A stretch of DNA of 64,000 nucleotides, taken from the NCBI GenBank assembly GCA_963663865.1, contig OY760686.1:800001-864000 (forward strand). Reading direction: 5' to 3'. The position numbers were made by a program, and so were the translations under genes. The notes beneath the pieces are model-generated. The model did no database searches. It was not told the origin of the DNA and saw only the letters and a program-made list of their open reading frames with translations. This DNA comes from Spirochaetota bacterium (GTDB lineage: Bacteria; Spirochaetota; UBA4802; UBA5550). Positions 60,348-64,000 of the stretch are shown one piece after another (positions within the stretch are counted from its first letter, which is position 1; every line of letters begins with the position of its first letter).

Positions 60348-60631
60348 TGAATCCTAATGATATAATTATTAAACCTATAATATCAGAAAAATCAACAGCC
60401 TTAATGGAAAACAATAAGTATGTATTCAAAGTATCTATGGGCACCAACAAGATACTTGTAAAAAATGCTGTTAAGGAAATATTTGGAGTTGATCCGAAGT
60501 CGGTTAACATTCTTGTTGCTCGAGGAAAGGACAAACGTGTACGTTTTAGAGTAGGCAGAAGGTCGGCATTCAAAAAAGCGATAGTTACTTTAAAAGAAGG
60601 CGATAAGATTGATATTTTTGTCGGGCAGTAA
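60347..60631 (+). CDS. rplW: 50S ribosomal protein L23
   Basis: PIISEKS, KKAIVTL. Confidence 0.97.
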   Translation: MNPNDIIIKPIISEKSTALMENNKYVFKVSMGTNKILVKNAVKEIFGVDPKSVNILVARGKDKRVRFRVGRRSAFKKAIVTLKEGDKIDIFVGQ

Positions 60632-60666
60632 GTAGATAAGAGTAAATTATTGAAAAGGTTATAGAT

Positions 60667-61491
60667 ATGGCGATAAAAAAATATAGACCCCTGACACCTA
60701 CGCTCAGGTATAAAACCGTTATTGATTTTTCAGAAATAACTGTTGACGCGCCGCATAAGCCTCTTACAAAAGGTAAAAGAAATCTTGCAGGTCGTGGTTT
60801 TAAAAATCAGGTTTCAGTCAGAAGAAAGGGCGGTGGGCACAAGAGGCGCTACAGGGTAATCGACTTTAAAAGAAATAAAGCCGATGTGTTTGGGAAAGTT
60901 GTATCAGTTGAATACGATCCTAACCGTTCAGCCAATATTGCGTTAATATCATATCTGGATGGTGATAAACGTTACATAATCGCACCTGAAGGGCTTAAAG
61001 TTGACGATAAAATTGTTTCATCAGAAAAAGCTGAAATTCGAACAGGCAATACTCTTCCTTTAAAGAGCATTCCATTAGGTTCAAGTATACACAATATTGA
61101 AATCAATTCAGGTAAAGGCGGTCAGCTTGTTAGATCAGCTGGATCAGAGGCGATATTGTCAGCTAAAGAAGGGAAATACTGTCTTGTTAAGTTGCCGTCT
61201 GGAGAAATCAGGAAAATTTATAGCGAGTGTACTGCAACTATTGGAGTTGTAGGGAATAAAGATCATAACAACATTACTATTGGTAAAGCTGGACGATCAA
61301 GATGGTTGAATAAAAGACCAAAGGTCAGGGGGGTCGTTATGAACCCGGTTGATCACCCGATGGGTGGAGGAGAAGGAAAATCTTCTGGTGGAAGGCATCC
61401 TGTTTCTCCTACTGGACAACCTGCAAAGGGTTTTAAAACCAGAAAGAAAAACAAGTATAGTGATAAATTTATTGTTAAGAGAAGGAAGTAG
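60667..61491 (+). CDS. rplB: 50S ribosomal protein L2
   Basis: [29 protein letters not shown]. Confidence 0.99.
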   Translation: MAIKKYRPLTPTLRYKTVIDFSEITVDAPHKPLTKGKRNLAGRGFKNQVSVRRKGGGHKRRYRVIDFKRNKADVFGKVVSVEYDPNRSANIALISYLDGDKRYIIAPEGLKVDDKIVSSEKAEIRTGNTLPLKSIPLGSSIHNIEINSGKGGQLVRSAGSEAILSAKEGKYCLVKLPSGEIRKIYSECTATIGVVGNKDHNNITIGKAGRSRWLNKRPKVRGVVMNPVDHPMGGGEGKSSGGRHPVSPTGQPAKGFKTRKKNKYSDKFIVKRRK

Positions 61492-61493
61492 TT

Positions 61494-61778
61494 ATGGCTA
61501 GATCGGTAAAGAAAGGACCTTTTATTGACATAAAGCTTTTCAAGAAAATTGAAGAGATGAATGCATCGAACTCTAAAAAGACTATAAAAACCTGGTCGAG
61601 AAGATCAACTATTTTCCCTGAAATGTTAGGCCATACCCTAATGGTTCATAACGGAAAAAGTTTCATCCCTGTTTATGTATCTGAAAATATGGTTGGGCAC
61701 AAGCTTGGTGAATTTGCACCCACGAGAACATACAGGGGTCATACAAGCAAAGATGATAAAATTGCGAAGAGGAAATAA
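61494..61778 (+). CDS. rpsS: 30S ribosomal protein S19
   Basis: [20 protein letters not shown]. Confidence 0.99.
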   Translation: MARSVKKGPFIDIKLFKKIEEMNASNSKKTIKTWSRRSTIFPEMLGHTLMVHNGKSFIPVYVSENMVGHKLGEFAPTRTYRGHTSKDDKIAKRK

Positions 61779-62116
61779 TGGAGTCAAAAGCTACATCTAG
61801 GACTATTAGAATATCGGCCCAGAAAGCAAGGCTTGTTGCTAACGAGGTTAGAGGTTTTTCACTTCCAGAGGCAGTTGATGTTCTTAAGGCTATGCCTCAG
61901 AAGGCAGCAGGGGTTATATTAAAAACTCTCCATTCAGCGGGAGCAAATGCCAAGTTTCAGAATCCTGCTTTAGTCGAAGAAGAACTTTATGTTAAGAAGA
62001 TTTGCGTTGATGAAGGACCAACTCTTAAGAGATTTATGGCACGAGCCAGAGGAAGAGCTGGTCGTATCAGAAAGAGAACAAGCAATATTTTGATAGTTCT
62101 ATCAGACGAAAACTAG
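61778..62116 (+). CDS. rplV: 50S ribosomal protein L22
   Basis: ISAQKARLVA, VDEGPTLKR, RARGRA. Confidence 0.98.
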   Translation: MESKATSRTIRISAQKARLVANEVRGFSLPEAVDVLKAMPQKAAGVILKTLHSAGANAKFQNPALVEEELYVKKICVDEGPTLKRFMARARGRAGRIRKRTSNILIVLSDEN

Positions 62117-62131
62117 GGGAAGGAAAATTAA

Positions 62132-62812
62132 ATGGGTCAGAAGATTAATCCTATAGGGATAAGGCTTGGAATAACAAGAACTTGGGATTCAATTTGGTAT
62201 GAAGATAAAAAAAGCTATGCAAAAAATCTTCATGAAGACATTAAGATAAGAAAATATATACAAAAGACAAGAAAAAATGCAGGTATTTCTAAGATTTCAA
62301 TAGAGAGATTTCCTGATAGAGTAAATATCAACATTAATTCTTCACGTCCTGGAGTTCTTATAGGAAAGAAAGGTGTTGATATTGAGACACTAAAATCAGA
62401 AATTCAAAAAATTGCTGAAAAGAATGTATATATTAATATAATTGAAGTAAAAAAACCTGAAAGAAATTCTAAATTAATTGCAGAGCAAATAGCCAGTCAA
62501 ATAGAGGGTCGTTTCCCGTATAGAAGAGCAGTTAAACAGGCAATAACCAATGCTGTTAGAGGCGGATCTTTGGGGATAAAAATTGTAATTTCAGGACGTT
62601 TAAATAACGCGGAGATGGCTAGAACAGAAGTCTACAAAGAAGGAAGAATTCCACTTCACACTCTTCGTGCAGATATTGATTACGGATTTGCAGAAGCGCT
62701 TACCACATTTGGTCTAATCGGCGTAAAAGTGTGGCTTTATAATGGAAACATCATTTCCAATTCGCAGGAGTCTGAGGAAGATAGATATTCTGTTAAACGA
62801 AAGACTAAGTAG
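62132..62812 (+). CDS. rpsC: 30S ribosomal protein S3
   Basis: [27 protein letters not shown]. Confidence 0.99.
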   Translation: MGQKINPIGIRLGITRTWDSIWYEDKKSYAKNLHEDIKIRKYIQKTRKNAGISKISIERFPDRVNININSSRPGVLIGKKGVDIETLKSEIQKIAEKNVYINIIEVKKPERNSKLIAEQIASQIEGRFPYRRAVKQAITNAVRGGSLGIKIVISGRLNNAEMARTEVYKEGRIPLHTLRADIDYGFAEALTTFGLIGVKVWLYNGNIISNSQESEEDRYSVKRKTK

Positions 62813-62835
62813 CTAACGGGTAAGGGTAAATAATT

Positions 62836-63246
62836 ATGTTAATGCCAAAGAGAACAAAGTATAGGAAAGTACAGCGTGGAAGAATGAGCGGTACTGCATA
62901 TAGAGGTTCAGCAGTATCTTTTGGAGAGTATGGTCTTAAAACTCTTGAGGCTGGAAAAATTACAAGCAGGCAGATTGAATCTGCTCGTGTAGCGATAAAC
63001 AGGAAAGTTAAGCGTGGAGGAAAACTCTGGATAAGAATTTTCCCTGATTTTGTAATAACAAAAAAACCGGCTGAAACTCGTCAGGGAAAAGGAAAAGGAA
63101 ATCCAGAAGGATTTGTTGCTAGAATTAAGCCAGGGAAGATGCTTTTTGAAATCTCAGGTGTGGATTTAGAGTTAGCAAAAATCGCTTTCAATAGTGCTTC
63201 GAACAAGCTTCCTGTTAAAACTAAGTTCGTTGAATTAAAAAAGTAG
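62836..63246 (+). CDS. rplP: 50S ribosomal protein L16
   Basis: [23 protein letters not shown]. Confidence 0.98.
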   Translation: MLMPKRTKYRKVQRGRMSGTAYRGSAVSFGEYGLKTLEAGKITSRQIESARVAINRKVKRGGKLWIRIFPDFVITKKPAETRQGKGKGNPEGFVARIKPGKMLFEISGVDLELAKIAFNSASNKLPVKTKFVELKK

Positions 63247-63261
63247 AATTTTGAGGACAAA

Positions 63262-63462
63262 ATGAAGGGAAAACTAGAAGAACTAAGTTTTGAAGAATTG
63301 GATAAAAGCCTTGATGATTCAAAAGCTGAGTGTAGAAAGCTCAGGTTTATGTCTGTAACAGGCAAAGTCGAGAATACAAAAAAAATCCGAGAGCTAAAAA
63401 GAAATGTAGCGAGGATTTTGACTTTAAAACGAGAATATGAACTTGGCCTTAGAAGTAAGTAA
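63262..63462 (+). CDS. rpmC: 50S ribosomal protein L29
   Basis: LRF...[13 protein letters not shown], position in cluster. Confidence 0.95.
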   Translation: MKGKLEELSFEELDKSLDDSKAECRKLRFMSVTGKVENTKKIRELKRNVARILTLKREYELGLRSK

Positions 63463-63484
63463 TTTAACCGTTGGAGCTCATAGG

Positions 63485-63736
63485 ATGAAATCTAATAGAA
63501 AACAGATAATTGGTAAAGTAGTTAGCAATAAAATGAATAAGACTATTGTTGTTCAAATTGATGACATAGTGTTACATTCACTTTATCGAAAATCTGTAAG
63601 AAAAACAAAAAGAATTAAAAGCCACGATGAGAGAAATGAATGTTCTGTGGGTGATCTTGTACGAATAGAAGAAACAAGACCTCTATCCCACGATAAACAT
63701 CATCGTCTTGTAGAGATAATAGAGAAAGTTAAGTAG
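63485..63736 (+). CDS. rpsQ: 30S ribosomal protein S17
   Basis: [26 protein letters not shown] 63485 after GGAG. Confidence 0.97.
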   Translation: MKSNRKQIIGKVVSNKMNKTIVVQIDDIVLHSLYRKSVRKTKRIKSHDERNECSVGDLVRIEETRPLSHDKHHRLVEIIEKVK

Positions 63737-63746
63737 GGGTTGTGCG

Positions 63747-64000
63747 ATGATACAGGTACAGACTTTTTTGGAAGTAGCTGACAATAGTGGGGTAAAGAAA
63801 GTTCAGTGTATTAAAATACTGGGCGGTACAAGACGAAGATATGCCTCAGTTGGTGATATAATAGTAGTCGCGGTTAAGGATTCACAGCCAACATATGGCT
63901 TGAAAGATTCGAGTGGGAAAAAAGTACACACCAAAGCAGTTCTAAAAGCTGTTGTGGTCAGGACAAAAAAACCTGTGAGAAGAAAAGATGGAACCTATAT
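63747..64000 (+). CDS. rplN: 50S ribosomal protein L14, 3'-truncated by window edge
   Basis: Hand translation [27 protein letters not shown]...[17 protein letters not shown]. Confidence 0.97.
   Translation, partial: MIQVQTFLEVADNSGVKKVQCIKILGGTRRRYASVGDIIVVAVKDSQPTYGLKDSSGKKVHTKAVLKAVVVRTKKPVRRKDGTY

Noticed and set aside
309-63365. Many short antisense or frame-shifted ORFs in the track (e.g. 309-908, 4217-4867, 20487-21080, 33432-33980, 45543-45941)
   Set aside because: They are shadows of well-supported genes and have no recognisable motifs.
1-64000. CRISPR array, IS or transposase, integrase, reverse transcriptase, prophage, rRNA
   Set aside because: No regularly spaced repeats or diagnostic motifs were seen in the ORFs or intergenic regions. 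A degenerate element could be missed by eye.

Overview
Chromosomal segment of a probably anaerobic Spirochaetota bacterium. Indels in L14 and L1 resemble those I recall in Leptospira (recollection, not a database result). 1-6.1 kb: end of an electron-bifurcating [FeFe]-hydrogenase operon (hydB, hydA), a PAS-type sensory hydrogenase and a SpoIIE-like phosphatase. 6.1-24.3 kb: accessory region with a CDP-alcohol phosphotransferase, two paralogous Cache-PAS kinases, a J-domain protein, ino1 with a sigma54-type promoter, and two paralogous modules of a lipoprotein solute-binding protein plus a transmembrane AraC regulator, flanking a GH3 lipoprotein with a structured leader. 24.3-42.4 kb: PBP1A, a small ORF missing from the track with a GGA-rich structured transcript, AI-2E transporter, amidohydrolase with two cNMP-binding proteins, tRNA-Arg, prfA-prmC, nth, rdgB, a two-component pair, queD, a DegT-fold protein lacking the PLP lysine, rlpA. 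42.6-64 kb: tRNA-Thr, rpmG-secE-nusG-rplKAJL-rpoBC, str operon with a domain IV-divergent EF-G, and the S10 cluster into a truncated rplN. No CRISPR array, transposase, integrase, reverse transcriptase or rRNA was seen. The best candidates for undescribed systems are the twin binding-protein/transmembrane-AraC modules, the small-ORF locus at 27.8-28.2 kb, the GH3 leader RNA and the deaminase-cNMP cluster. All remain inferences until searched.
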